This document shows, piece by piece, positions 9,297 through 19,700 of a stretch of DNA of 64,000 nt. Source of the stretch: Thermoanaerobaculia bacterium (GTDB taxonomy: Bacteria > Acidobacteriota > Thermoanaerobaculia > Multivoradales > Multivoraceae); NCBI GenBank assembly GCA_963666565.1, contig OY762911.1:2912001-2976000 (forward strand). The letters run 5' to 3'. Within the stretch, counting starts at the first letter, position 1, and the number at the start of each line of letters is the position of its first letter. The notes below the pieces were generated by a model. That model did no database searches and was not told where the DNA came from. It saw only the letters and a program-made list of their open reading frames with translations. Made by a program: the position numbers and the translations under genes.

Positions 9297-11627
9297 TCAA
9301 TCCAGATAGGCGAACTCGTTCAGATTCAACAGCAGGAGGGAGTAGCTGGCGAACGCGGCGGAGGAGTCGAAGCCCTCCTCCCGCCGCAGCTCCTCGATCA
9401 GGCCGACGCCGCGGGCCACTTCGACCGGGCGCGCCCGCCGGGCCAGCACGGCCTCGAGCGCGCCGGAGACCCGGTCTTCCAGCGCGCCCCCGGCGCCGTC
9501 GACGCTCGCCGCCAGCGCCGCCGCCTGTTCGCTCATGAACTCGCCGTTCAGCATCATCAGCGCCTGGGTCGGCTGGGTCGTCGTGAAGCGAACCGGGCAG
9601 GTCGAGTCCGTGTCGGCCATGTCGAGACTCTCGAGCAGCGGATGGAGCAGCGACCGCTTGACGTGGATGTAGACGCTGCGCCGGGATGCCTGCTCCGTCG
9701 TCGCTTCGCCCCAGGCCGCGTCGGGACGCGAGGCGGTCGCCAGAACCTCTTCCGGCATCGGCGGATAGACGCTGGGGCCGCCGAGTTCCAGGTTGAGCCG
9801 GCCGCTCGCGGCGAGGACGGAGTCCCGGATCTCTTCGGCGGTGAGCCGCCTCATGTTGAAGCGGCTGAACAGGTCGTTGCCGGGATCGGCTTCGAGCGCT
9901 CCGTCGGGCGGGCGCGAGGACATCCGGTAGGCCCGGCTGGTCATCATCAGCCGGTGCATCGACTTGAGACTCCAGTCGCGCTCCGTGAACTCGGTCGCCA
10001 GCCAGTCGAGCAGATCGGGATGGGTGGCCGGTTCGCCGAAGCGGCCCAGGTCGTTCGGCGTCGGCGACAGGCCGCGGCCGAAGTGGTATTGCCAGAGCCG
10101 GTTCGCCATCACCCGGGAGGTGCGCAGGTTGCCCTTGTCGGCGATCCACCGGGCCAGGGCGTGGCGGCGGCCGGTCGTGGGGGAGTCGGCCGCGGCCGGT
10201 TCGAGCCCGGGGTCGCCGTCGCCGAGGATGAGCGGGAAGCCGGGCTCGACCCGTTCGGCCGGCGCGTGCGGGTTGCCGCGAATGAGGACGTGGGTCGGCG
10301 GCGCTTCCGGGCCGATCTCCTTGACCCGCAGCACCTGGATGAGGTTCGCCGGGCCCCAGTCCGCCGGCAGGCTGGAAACGCCGGCGTCGCCCAGGTTCGC
10401 CGGGATCCAGTCCGTGTAGTTCCTGGGCGTCGGCTGGTTGCCGCCGCCGACCTTGTAGGGAGCGATGCCGCGGAAGAACGACAGCATCCGGTAGTAGTCG
10501 GTCTGCGGGATCGGGTCGCCGCGGTGGTTGTGGCAGCGCGCGCAGCCGATCGACATGCCGAGCATGACGCGGGAGGTCGTGTCGAGCACCGAGTCCAGGT
10601 CGTCGTACTGCGCGAGTTCCGTGTCCGTCGGCTCGTCGTCCCAGATGCCGAGCCGCAGGTAGCCGGTGGCGACGATCGACGCCGTCGTGGGCTCGTCGAG
10701 TTCGTCGCCGGCGAGCTGGTGGGTCAGGAACTCGTCGTAGGGCATGTCCGCGTTCAGGGCGTCGATCACCCAGTCGCGGTAGCGCCACGCGGAGGGCTTC
10801 TTGCGGTCGCGCTCGTAGCCGTCGGTCTCCGCGTAGCGGACGAGGTCGAGCCAGTGCCGGCCCCAGCGCTCGCCGTAGTGGGGCGAGGCCAGCAGGCGGT
10901 CGATCAGGCGTTCCCAGGCGTCGGGACGCTGGTCCCTCTCGAAGGCCTCGACGTCCGCGAGGGTCGGCGGCAGGCCGGTCAGGTCGTAGCTCGCGCGGCG
11001 GATCAGGGTGCGGCGGTCGGCTGCAGGGGGCGGTTCGAGGCCGGCCGCCTCGATGCGGGCGAGCAGGAAGTTGTCGATCGGGTTGAGCGGCCATTCCGCG
11101 TCCGCCACGGCGGGGACGTCCGGGCGCTCCAGCGGTCGCACGGACCACCAGGCCCGGTCGGCGTCGGTGATCTCGTACTCGTCGCCGGCCGGCGCGACCT
11201 CCGTGAGCTCGTCCTCGTCGCCTCCGAACGGGGCGCCGAGCTGGATCCACTGTCGGATCGCGTCGAGATCGGCGTCGGCCAGACGGCCCGAGGGCGGCAT
11301 CTGCAACTGTTCGTCCTCGTACTCGACCGCGTGCAGGAGCAGGCTCAGGACGGGCTCGGAGGTGGAGATGGCCGGTCCCCGTTCGCCGCCGCGGAGCAGT
11401 CCGGCCCTGGTGGTCAGCAGCAGGCCGTTCTCGGCGCGCTCCGGGTCGGAATGGCACATGAAGCAGTTCCGCTCCAGCACGGGCCGGACGTTCTCCTCGA
11501 ACAGCTTGATGCCGTCGGCCGGCGTCTGGGCGGTCTGCGCGCCCGCCGACGCCGCCGTCAGCAGGGCGAGCGCCGCCGCGGCGCCCGACCTGGCGACGGG
11601 CCGCGTCCGCTGCGCCGATGGAGGCAT
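9297..11627 (-). CDS. PSD1/planctomycete cytochrome c, DUF1549-DUF1553 protein
   Basis: CFMCH and CARCH heme motifs; LIRRASYDLTGLPP; YGERWGRHWLDLVRYAET; HPDLLDWLA; PTQAL; usual partner of DUF1501. Confidence 0.9.
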   Translation of the reverse strand: MPPSAQRTRPVARSGAAAALALLTAASAGAQTAQTPADGIKLFEENVRPVLERNCFMCHSDPERAENGLLLTTRAGLLRGGERGPAISTSEPVLSLLLHAVEYEDEQLQMPPSGRLADADLDAIRQWIQLGAPFGGDEDELTEVAPAGDEYEITDADRAWWSVRPLERPDVPAVADAEWPLNPIDNFLLARIEAAGLEPPPAADRRTLIRRASYDLTGLPPTLADVEAFERDQRPDAWERLIDRLLASPHYGERWGRHWLDLVRYAETDGYERDRKKPSAWRYRDWVIDALNADMPYDEFLTHQLAGDELDEPTTASIVATGYLRLGIWDDEPTDTELAQYDDLDSVLDTTSRVMLGMSIGCARCHNHRGDPIPQTDYYRMLSFFRGIAPYKVGGGNQPTPRNYTDWIPANLGDAGVSSLPADWGPANLIQVLRVKEIGPEAPPTHVLIRGNPHAPAERVEPGFPLILGDGDPGLEPAAADSPTTGRRHALARWIADKGNLRTSRVMANRLWQYHFGRGLSPTPNDLGRFGEPATHPDLLDWLATEFTERDWSLKSMHRLMMTSRAYRMSSRPPDGALEADPGNDLFSRFNMRRLTAEEIRDSVLAASGRLNLELGGPSVYPPMPEEVLATASRPDAAWGEATTEQASRRSVYIHVKRSLLHPLLESLDMADTDSTCPVRFTTTQPTQALMMLNGEFMSEQAAALAASVDGAGGALEDRVSGALEAVLARRARPVEVARGVGLIEELRREEGFDSSAAFASYSLLLLNLNEFAYLD

Positions 11628-11675
11628 GCTGCGCGCGATCATACCGCGCCCGGAGAACCGCACGGCGTCCCTCCG

Positions 11676-11735
11676 CTGGGTGCGCGGGTCTTCTGACCCG
11701 CCCAAGCGCGGCGCCGCGGAGCGGCGCAGCCCGCC
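11676..11735. repeat. Family-A REP partial element
   Basis: CTGGGTGCGCGGGTCTTCTGACCCGC followed by CGCGGAGCGGCGCAGCCCG internal segment. Confidence 0.85.
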
Positions 11736-11797
11736 GGCTCCCGAGAAGAACGCGCCGCGCAGCGGCGACCGCTGCGCCGGGTAAGCTCCGGTGCGGT

Positions 11798-12691
11798 TTG
11801 GCCCAGCACAGACACGGCGCTCTGCCTGCGCCGCATGACGCGACCGCGACGCTGCTCCTGAGTTGCGACGACGCGGTCGGCCTCATCGCCTCCGTCACCG
11901 GGTTCGTCAACGAGCACGGGGGCATCATCTGCTCGTCCGAGACCCACCGCGACGAGGAACTCGGCAAGTTCTTCCAGCGCCTGGAGTTCGAGATCGACCG
12001 CTTCGACCTCGACCGGGAAACGATCCAGCCGTCGATCGAATTGACGATCGGGGATCACGTGTCGGTCAGGAGCCACATCGCCTTCTCGGACGAGGAGCAG
12101 CGGGTGGCGGTGCTGGCCTCGAAGCCGGCGCATTGCCTGCACGACCTGCTGTCGCGCTGGCGGCTGGGCGAGTTGCCGGGGCGGCCGGTCTGCGTCATCA
12201 GCAACCACCCGGATCACGCGGCGGAAGCGGAGTACAACGGGCTGCCGTACCACTGCCTGCCGGTGACGCCCGAGACCCGCGGCGAGCAGGAAGGGCGGAT
12301 GATCGAGATTCTGGAGGAGGCGAAGGTCGATCTGATCGTGCTGGCGCGCTACATGCAGATCCTCTCGCCGCGGTTCCTCGATCGCTTCCCGAACCGGATC
12401 ATCAACATCCACCACTCCTTCCTGCCGGCGTTCCCGGGCGGCAGGCCGTACCGGCAGGCCTACGTGCGCGGCGTCAAGGTCGTCGGCGCCACCGCGCACT
12501 ACGCGACCGCCGACCTGGACCAGGGACCGATCATCGAGCAGGACGTCACCCGCGTCAGCCACCGCGACTCGGTGACCACCCTCGCGCGCCGCGGCAAGGA
12601 CCTCGAACGCGTCGTCCTCGCCCGCGCCGTCCAGGCGCACCTGGAGCACCGCGTCCTCGTCGTGGAGAACCGCGCGATCGTCTTCGGCTAG
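11798..12691 (+). CDS. purU: Formyltetrahydrofolate deformylase
   Basis: N-terminal ACT domain (LLLSCDDAVGLIASV); HCLHDLL, VISNH, VLARYMQILS, INIHHSFLPAF, LDQGPIIEQ; TTG start at 11798 inferred. Confidence 0.93.
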   Translation: MAQHRHGALPAPHDATATLLLSCDDAVGLIASVTGFVNEHGGIICSSETHRDEELGKFFQRLEFEIDRFDLDRETIQPSIELTIGDHVSVRSHIAFSDEEQRVAVLASKPAHCLHDLLSRWRLGELPGRPVCVISNHPDHAAEAEYNGLPYHCLPVTPETRGEQEGRMIEILEEAKVDLIVLARYMQILSPRFLDRFPNRIINIHHSFLPAFPGGRPYRQAYVRGVKVVGATAHYATADLDQGPIIEQDVTRVSHRDSVTTLARRGKDLERVVLARAVQAHLEHRVLVVENRAIVFG

Positions 12692-12692
12692 C

Positions 12693-12929
12693 CGGGTGCA
12701 CTGGGTGCGCGGGTCTTCCGCTGGGTGCGCGGGTCTTCCGACCCGCATGCCGCCGAAGGCGGCGGGAGAAACGTCGCCGGCCTTTGGCCGGCGGCCTTGT
12801 TGTCCGGGCTGCGCCTCGCGCGACTTCTTGTCGACGTGCGCTCGAACTTCTCCTTCGCCATGAGGTTGCTCCTGCTATCTCGCTTCGCGGCTTCGCCAGC
12901 GAGCGGGTCAGAAGACCCGCGCACCCAGC
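12693..12929. repeat. Family-A REP doublet with stuttered left end and an about 66-bp internal insertion
   Basis: Left end CTGGGTGCGCGGGTCTTCCG repeated in tandem; body matches 1292-1434 apart from the insert at 12816-12881. Confidence 0.9.
12835..12873 (-). pseudogene. tuf: Fragment of an elongation factor Tu translation-initiation region (RBS + MAKEKFERT)
   Basis: Minus strand AGGAG-7nt-ATGGCGAAGGAGAAGTTCGAGCGCACG = MAKEKFERT, the canonical EF-Tu N-terminus; similarity stops after 9 codons. Confidence 0.7.
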
Positions 12930-14764
12930 TACTGCTCGGCGCAGGCGGCCCGCAACTGTCGGGAGGCTTGGGCGAACGCCGGATTGTCGGCGGCGAAGCG
13001 GCGGCCATCGTCGAGGAGCGCCGTGGCCTCTTCGCAGCGGTCGGTCCGGGCAAGGATGGCGGCGAGGCGGAGCCGCGCCAGCGTGAAGTCGGGGCGAACG
13101 GCCAGAGTGGCGGCGAAAGCGCGGGCGGCTTCTTCCGGGCGCCGAAGGTCGAGCAGGACCATGCCGAGGACGAAGCTGGTCTGGGGTTCCGTCGGGTCGA
13201 GGCGCTGGGCCGTGCGGAGCTCCCGCGCGGCGTCGGCGAGGCGCCGCTCGATGGCGAGGACGCCGCCAAGTTCGGTTCGCAGGCGAGCCTCTTCGGCGGC
13301 GGGGAACCGCGTGGAGCGAAGGCCCCGTTCCAGGCCGGTCCGGGCTTCGCGCAGCCGGTTCTGCTGCCGCAACACGACGCTCAGCGCCTGCAGGGCGGCG
13401 GCGTCCGACGGGGCGGCGGCGACTCGCGCGTTCAGGATGTCCAGGGCCTCGGCCGGCCGGCCGGACGCGGCGAGGGCGGCGGCGCGCCGGGTCGGCGCCT
13501 CGGCGTAGGCGGGATCGAGCGCCAGGACGCGGTCGTAGCGCTCCAGCGCCTGCGTGGGGCGGCCCGCCCGGTCGAGGAGCAGCGCGAGCTGATAGTGGGC
13601 CTGCTTGTAGTCGGGCGCGAGCTCCGTCGCGCGGGTCAGACGCCGGATCGCTTCGTCCGATCGGCCGAGGGTGGCGAGGAGCTGTCCCAACTCGAAGTGC
13701 GCCGGCGCCTGGTCCGGGTGGAGAGCCAGCAGCTCTTCGTAGGCGGCTTCGGCTTCGTCGAACTGGCCGGCGTCGACCTGGGCCAGCGCCAGGTGCTTGC
13801 GCGCCTCCAGGTTCGTCGGATCCGCCTCGATGGCGCGGCCGAATACGGTCGCCGCGGCAGCGAACTCGCCGGCCTGCACCGCGATCAGACCCTGCTGGAC
13901 GAGAGCGGCGCTGCCGGTGGGCAGGTAGGCGAGTTCCCGGACCAGCGGGTCGTCGAAGGGGAAGTCGGTGTGGCTTGCCCGGGCGAGGTGCTCGGCCGCG
14001 CGGTCTTCGTCGCCCAGGCGGCGCCAGGCCATGGCGAGCGCATAGTGTCCGCGGCCCGCGCCGGGCTCGGCGGCGACGGCGCGCTCCAGGTAGTCGGCGG
14101 CGGTCTCGGCGTCGCCGCGGTCGAGTGCGAGTGTCCCGAGTCCGTACAGGGCCGGCGCGAACTCGGGCCGCAGTTCCAGCGCGCGGTTCCACAGGGCGGC
14201 CGCCTCTTCGGGCTGGCCGCGCTCGGCCTCCGATTGGGCGAGGCGCTGGATCGCCGGCACCAGGTCGGGCTCGATCGCCAGCGCGGCGCGGTAGGAGGCG
14301 GCCGCAGCCTCGTGGTCGCCGCGGGTTTCCTCGCCGAAGCCACGGAGGTAGGGCCAGCGATGGTCGGATGCGTCGAGTCGCTGTGCTTCCCGGTAGCAGG
14401 CTTCGGCCGCCTCGAGCGCGGTGAAGGCGTGGCTGTCCAGCAGTTGCACGCCGTGGTAGAGCTTGCCAAGTTCGCCGACCGCGGCCGCCAGTTCGGGGCC
14501 GGCGGCGCCGGCGTCCTCAAGCGAGCGGACCCGGCGTTCCAGGCTGGCGATCTGGCCGCGGACCGCCGGATCGTGGGCTTCGTAGCTGGAGGGGAGCGGC
14601 AGGCGCTCGGCTGCGCCGCAGGCGAGGAGGGGCAGCAGAACGACGTGGATGGCATGGGTCGCCAAGACGGCGCCGACCTTGCGGTCGGCAGGATTTCCCG
14701 GCCGCCTGCGGCGGCAGCGGGTCGGAAGACCCGCGCACCCGGCGCCACGGCGTTGTTGCTTCAT
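12929..14764 (-). CDS. Exported tetratricopeptide-repeat protein (possible lipoprotein, LLAC)
   Basis: ATG 14764 overlaps the CRTAC1 stop (ATGA); many TPR units (ALELRPEFAPALYGLG, AIEADPTNLEARKHLA, ATELAPDYKQAHYQLA). Confidence 0.85.
   Translation of the reverse strand: MKQQRRGAGCAGLPTRCRRRRPGNPADRKVGAVLATHAIHVVLLPLLACGAAERLPLPSSYEAHDPAVRGQIASLERRVRSLEDAGAAGPELAAAVGELGKLYHGVQLLDSHAFTALEAAEACYREAQRLDASDHRWPYLRGFGEETRGDHEAAAASYRAALAIEPDLVPAIQRLAQSEAERGQPEEAAALWNRALELRPEFAPALYGLGTLALDRGDAETAADYLERAVAAEPGAGRGHYALAMAWRRLGDEDRAAEHLARASHTDFPFDDPLVRELAYLPTGSAALVQQGLIAVQAGEFAAAATVFGRAIEADPTNLEARKHLALAQVDAGQFDEAEAAYEELLALHPDQAPAHFELGQLLATLGRSDEAIRRLTRATELAPDYKQAHYQLALLLDRAGRPTQALERYDRVLALDPAYAEAPTRRAAALAASGRPAEALDILNARVAAAPSDAAALQALSVVLRQQNRLREARTGLERGLRSTRFPAAEEARLRTELGGVLAIERRLADAARELRTAQRLDPTEPQTSFVLGMVLLDLRRPEEAARAFAATLAVRPDFTLARLRLAAILARTDRCEEATALLDDGRRFAADNPAFAQASRQLRAACAEQ
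14699..14743. repeat. Family-A REP half element inside the 5' end of the TPR CDS
   Basis: GCCGCCTGCGGCGGCAGCGGGTCGGAAGACCCGCGCACCCGG, read as GAGCAGLPTRCRRRRP. Confidence 0.85.
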
Positions 14765-16554
14765 CGTTCGCCTTCGCCCTGCCGGAGCTCGTGGTAGGCG
14801 CCGGGTGGAAGCGCGCCGAAGGACTCTTCGGCGCCGGCTAGCCAGTCGACGCGGATGTCCTCGATGGTGGCGTCGCCGAGGCCGATCAGCACCCGCGGAT
14901 CGCTGGACGAGGCGTAGCTCATCGCCGCGCGGACCCGGCGCGCGAGCGCCCGGCCGTCGGTGAGCCGCACCCGGACCAGGCTGCCGAGGGCGTCCCGGTT
15001 GCCGCCGGCGGTCACGAGCCGGAGGCCGATCCAGCCGTTGTCCTGGCCGACCAGGTTCACCAGCAGCCTCGCCGGTCCGCCGTTGTTCGTGACGAGCACG
15101 TCCGTGTCGCCGTCGTTGTCGACGTCGCCGAATGCGGCGCCGCGGGAGACCTCGTAGGCGGCGAAGACCGGTCCGCCGAGCGCGGAGGCATCCTCGAAGC
15201 GGCCGTCGCCGAGATTGCGGAAGAGCTGGTTCGGTTGGCCGAAGCGGCGCTCGTGTTCGGTGGCCGCGGCCGTGCGCGCGGCGGCCCTGTCGCCCGAGCG
15301 GGCGCGGTCCAGGCGCCGCACGGCGCCGTTCACCGCGAGGAGATCGAGGTCGCCGTCGTTGTCGAAGTCGAACCAGCCGGCGCCGAAGCCGGTCATCGGC
15401 AGGCTGGGCGCGTCCAGGCCCGCGGGAACGCCGGCATCGGCGAACAGGGCGTCGCCTTCGTTCACGTAGAGGGTGCTCGTCTCGCCCGTGATGTGGGTCA
15501 CGTAGAGGTCCTCGTCGCCGTCTCCGTCGAGGTCGCCGGCGTCGACGCCCATGCCCGCCTCCGGTTCGCCCCGGCGGTTGACGGCCGAGCCGCCGAAGAA
15601 CGCGCGGTTCTCGAAGCGGCCGTCGCCGAGGTTCATCCACATCTGGTTCGCCGTGCCGTCGTTGGCCACGTAGAGATCGAGCCGGCCGTCGAGATCCAGA
15701 TCGGCCGGCACGGCGCCGAGGCCGTTGCCGAATTCGGCCGCGAGGCCGGCGCGGTCCGTGGACTCCTCGAAGCGCCCGTTGCCGTCGTTGCGGAACAGGC
15801 GGTCCGGCTCGGCGCGGTAGGTCTTCGGGCTGCAGTAGTCCGGCTCGCCGCTGCCGAAGGTGCAGAGCGTGTGGCTGCCGAGATTGAAGTCGACGTAGTT
15901 GCCGACGAACAGGTCGAGCGCTCCGTCCGCGTCGTAGTCGAAGAACGCGGCGGGAACGCTCCATCGCGGGTCGTCGGCGCGGGCAGCCGCTGTCGCGTCT
16001 TCGAATCGGCCGCCGCCCGCGTTGCGCCAGAGCTGGTTGGGGCCCAGGTTCGTGACGTAGAGGTCAACGTGGCCGTCCCCGTCGAAGTCCCCGGCGGCGA
16101 CGCCCATGCCGTAGCCGGTGGCGTCGATGCCGGACTGCTCCGTTGCATCGACAAAGCGAAGTTCGCCTGTTTCGGCCAGTTCGTTTCGGAACAGGCGGTC
16201 GCGAGCGGGGGAGTCGGCGGCGGCACTCCGGGCGCCCGCGGTGCCCGGGTTCAGCGGGCCGCCTTGCACCAGGTATGCGTCGAGATCGCCGTCGCCGTCG
16301 GCGTCGAACAACGCCGCGCCCGAGCCCATGATCTCGGGCAACAGGAACCGGCCGCCGGCGGCGTTCCGGTGCTGGAAGACCAGGCCGACTTCGGCGGCGC
16401 TCTCTTCAAGGGCCGCCGGCGTCGCCGGCGCGGCAGCGGGCGTGTCCGTACTCACCGGTTCCTCCACGAGGCCGATTCGTGGGTCTTCTGCGCAGTTGAG
16501 GATCCCGGCCGTACAGATCAGGACCGTGACGAGCGGGCGGGGCGTTGGCGGCAT
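14761..16554 (-). CDS. CRTAC1 family protein (FG-GAP repeats + ASPIC/UnbV domain), probable lipoprotein
   Basis: EIMGSGAALFDADGDGDLD, repeated DxDxDGxxDL motifs, SRGAAFGDVDNDGDTD, SYASSSDPRVLIGLG; ILNC lipobox-like. Confidence 0.9.
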   Translation of the reverse strand: MPPTPRPLVTVLICTAGILNCAEDPRIGLVEEPVSTDTPAAAPATPAALEESAAEVGLVFQHRNAAGGRFLLPEIMGSGAALFDADGDGDLDAYLVQGGPLNPGTAGARSAAADSPARDRLFRNELAETGELRFVDATEQSGIDATGYGMGVAAGDFDGDGHVDLYVTNLGPNQLWRNAGGGRFEDATAAARADDPRWSVPAAFFDYDADGALDLFVGNYVDFNLGSHTLCTFGSGEPDYCSPKTYRAEPDRLFRNDGNGRFEESTDRAGLAAEFGNGLGAVPADLDLDGRLDLYVANDGTANQMWMNLGDGRFENRAFFGGSAVNRRGEPEAGMGVDAGDLDGDGDEDLYVTHITGETSTLYVNEGDALFADAGVPAGLDAPSLPMTGFGAGWFDFDNDGDLDLLAVNGAVRRLDRARSGDRAAARTAAATEHERRFGQPNQLFRNLGDGRFEDASALGGPVFAAYEVSRGAAFGDVDNDGDTDVLVTNNGGPARLLVNLVGQDNGWIGLRLVTAGGNRDALGSLVRVRLTDGRALARRVRAAMSYASSSDPRVLIGLGDATIEDIRVDWLAGAEESFGALPPGAYHELRQGEGER

Positions 16555-16580
16555 CCTACGGAGTGTATGGAGCGGGAACG

Positions 16581-16612
16581 AGAAAGGGGAGAGAGCCGAA
16601 GCCCTCTCCCCT
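16581..16612 (-). terminator. Intrinsic terminator of TBDR-1
   Basis: Minus strand GGGGAGAGGGC-TTCG-GCTCTCTCCCC-TTTCT. Confidence 0.8.
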
Positions 16613-16763
16613 CGATTCCCTCGACCGGGGGCCGAAGCCCCCAGGCAGCGATCCGGCCTAGCGCCCCGAAACCCCTAGCGGTGCTCGGTGTTTCGGCCCA
16701 TCCCGTCCGCACGGCGGAGCCTGCGCCCCGAACTTGCTCCGCTGCGTTCTGCGGCGCAGGCTC

Positions 16764-19700
16764 CTAGAACCGGATCTTGAAGTTGGCCCGGACCGTCCGC
16801 GGGCGCTGGAAGAACCGGCGCACGGGCAGAACCTCGCCGGCGCTGTTCCAGGAGCGGCGGCGCTGCTGGTTCGTGGCGTTCAGCACCTCGACGCGGAGTT
16901 CGCCGCGGACATCCTGGAAGCCCAGGGGGAATCCCCAGGCGCCGCTCAGGTTGACCGTGTACTCGTCGGCAGTCCGCCTGCCCTCCGTGCCGGACGGATG
17001 GAGCGGGAAGCCGACGCCCGTGTTCGAGGTTCCGGGGCGCTGGTTGGCGTTGGCGTCCGTCACGTCGACCGGCAGGCAGATCGGAATCGACGTGGGGATG
17101 CCGGGCGGCCGCGGACCGCAGGGCCGCTCGTAGCCGGCGCCGGACGACGTGGTCCAGGGCGTGCCGGTCTGGAACGTCAGGTGGCCGCCCAGCGTCAGAT
17201 CCTGGTTGCCCAGGCGCCAGGTCTTGAAGCCGAAGGTGTTCCAGATCCACTCGCGGTCGTACGTGCCGTTGGCCCCGCGCCGGTTGATCATGCTCGCCGG
17301 GTAGCCGAGCCAGTCCGTCAGGCGGGCGACGCAGTCCTCCGGATAGAGCGGCGTCCGCCCGGTGCGGCGGTCCGGCCTCGTCTGGGCGGCCTGGCAACTA
17401 TCGATGTTCTGCTGGTTCAGCACGACGTGAGCCGCCTCGAGGTAGGTGCTGTTCGTGTTGTTCCACCAGGCGCCGGCGCCGGTCGTGTCCGTGCTGGCCC
17501 AGGCCAGGTTGTTGTACAGCGCCCAACCGTCCGCGAAGCGGCGGTTCAACTGGAGCTGAACCCCCTTGAACGAGTTCTTCGCCGGATCGGCCAGTTCAAG
17601 GGCCTCCCGGTTCAGTTGGGCCGGGCGCTCGGCCGGGTCGTAGCCCTGAGCGGCCCAGGTGGCGGCCCGCGCGTCATCGAAGGCCACAAGTATGTCGTAC
17701 AGGTCGTGGTAGTTCTCGGTGACGCCGATGTTCCGTCCCTTGTGGTCGAGCTGGTTGTTGGAGAACATCATGTCCTGCAACTGCCAGTCGATGTACTTGA
17801 GGTCAAGGGCCCAGTTGGGGCGGAACTGCCACTCGAGGCCGAGGATCGCCTCCTGCTTGTAGTACGTCTGGACGTCGTAGTCCAGGACGCCGGCCTGGAC
17901 CGCGTCCCACATGAGGCCCGGCGTCGTCAGCTCCCAGGAGAGGTTGTAGCCGGGCAAGGGCGCGCCGACCGTTCCGTTGTGGAGCGAGTCCCGCCGTTGC
18001 GGGACGCGGCAACCGTAGTTGGTCAGGCCGAGGAACTGCAGGAAGTCGAAGGTCGCGATGTCCGCGGGATCGCAGAAGAGGAAGACCTCGTGCCCCTCGT
18101 AGCCGTTCCACAGGTCGTGCATGCTGGGGACGTTCGAGTCGCCGCCCGAGATCCACGCCTGGTTGAGCATCGCGTGGTACTGGCCCCAGCTCGCGTTGAG
18201 CAGCAGGGCGCCGTCCCCCTTGATGTCGTAGGTGATGTTGATCCGCGGGTCGACGTAGGTGTCGTCGATGACCTGGCGCCGGACGTCGTTCCACGCCTCC
18301 TGCTGCTCGGCCCGAAGGCCCATGTTGATCGTCCAGTGATCGCCGATCGTGAAGCGGTCCCGAATGTAGTAGCCGAGGTTGCGCACCTCGCTGTCGCCCG
18401 TGCCGCGTCCGACGCAGGTGCCGGTCGTACGGACGACTTCGCCGTTCACGTGCTCGACCGTGGTCGGCCGGTGGGGCATGCCGTCAGGGGCGTTGCCCTC
18501 GCAGGTCAGGAAGGTCGAGTTGTGGTCGGTGAAGTAACAGGTCCGGCCGCGGATGGGCGAGGTTCCCGTGCGGGTGAACGGCGTGGCGCAAGTGTCGTCG
18601 GCGATCGTCCCCGCGCCGAGGAAACCGAACGGGTTCGTCGGATCGAAGCCCCAGCCCTGGAGCAGGGGCACGCGGGCGTTCTCGCCCTCCCACTTCGTGT
18701 CCTGGTAGTCGATGCCGTACTTCAGCTCGTGGTTCGCGCCGGCGAACTGGGTCAGGCCGACGTTCGCCTGCTCGCGCGGGAAGGCGTTGAAGCCGAAGCC
18801 GTCGGAGAGGATCCAGCCGTTGTGCCAGGAAGAGAGGTTCTCGGCGTCCCGGTAGACGTTGTAGTTGTTGCCGGGGTAGAAGATGCCCTTGCTCGGGTCG
18901 AACGGGAACCGCAGCGGGTAGCTGGTGTCGCCGCCCGACGTGTTCGTCGCCGTGTGGCCCGCGACCGGCCCGCGGTCGAGCGACTTCGCCTGCAGGCAGG
19001 TCTCGATCATGCGGGCGGGCGTGTCGCGGTAGTTGTCCTGGGACAGCCACTCGAGGACGGGAATGCCGTCCACCGCCTGGGCGGCGGGGTTCTCCTGCTG
19101 GAGCGTGTCGTGGCAGGCGAGGAACTTGTTCTCCTGGGTCTCCTGGTCGGCGATCTTCGCCTCCATGAACCAGTTGCTGGAGAGCGCCCAGTTCCAACTG
19201 ATCGTGGAGAGGACGCTGTCGTTCTCGTGCGGCGTCGGCGTCCAGTAGTCGTAGGACTGCCAGTTGAAGTAGTTGCGGAACGCCGGGGTGTCGATCCCGG
19301 ATGCCGCGAACGAGTGCGACGCCGACGGCTGCATGTTCAGCTTGAGGATGCGGGCGTCGGCGTACAGGCTGACGTCGTACGGGTCGCCGCCGAGCAGGCG
19401 CTCGGAGTAGGCGTCGTCGAACTCGGACGCGCCAATGAAGAACCAGAACTTGTCCCGCATGAGAGGACCGCCGGTGGAGAACTCGTAGCCGTCGCTGGAA
19501 CCGGCCCACTCGTCGCTGCCGGGCAGGCAGGCGTCGCGGTTGATCGTGGAGACTTCCTCGACGATGCTGGGCGGGATCTGGCCGCGGCCCTGGTCCCGTT
19601 CGTCGCCGTGGCAGCGCCGGAACCAATCGACCGGGTAGGGCCGGTTCCGTCGTTCCGCCAGCGAGGGCTGATCCCTGTAGTCGGCGCTCCAGTCGACCCG

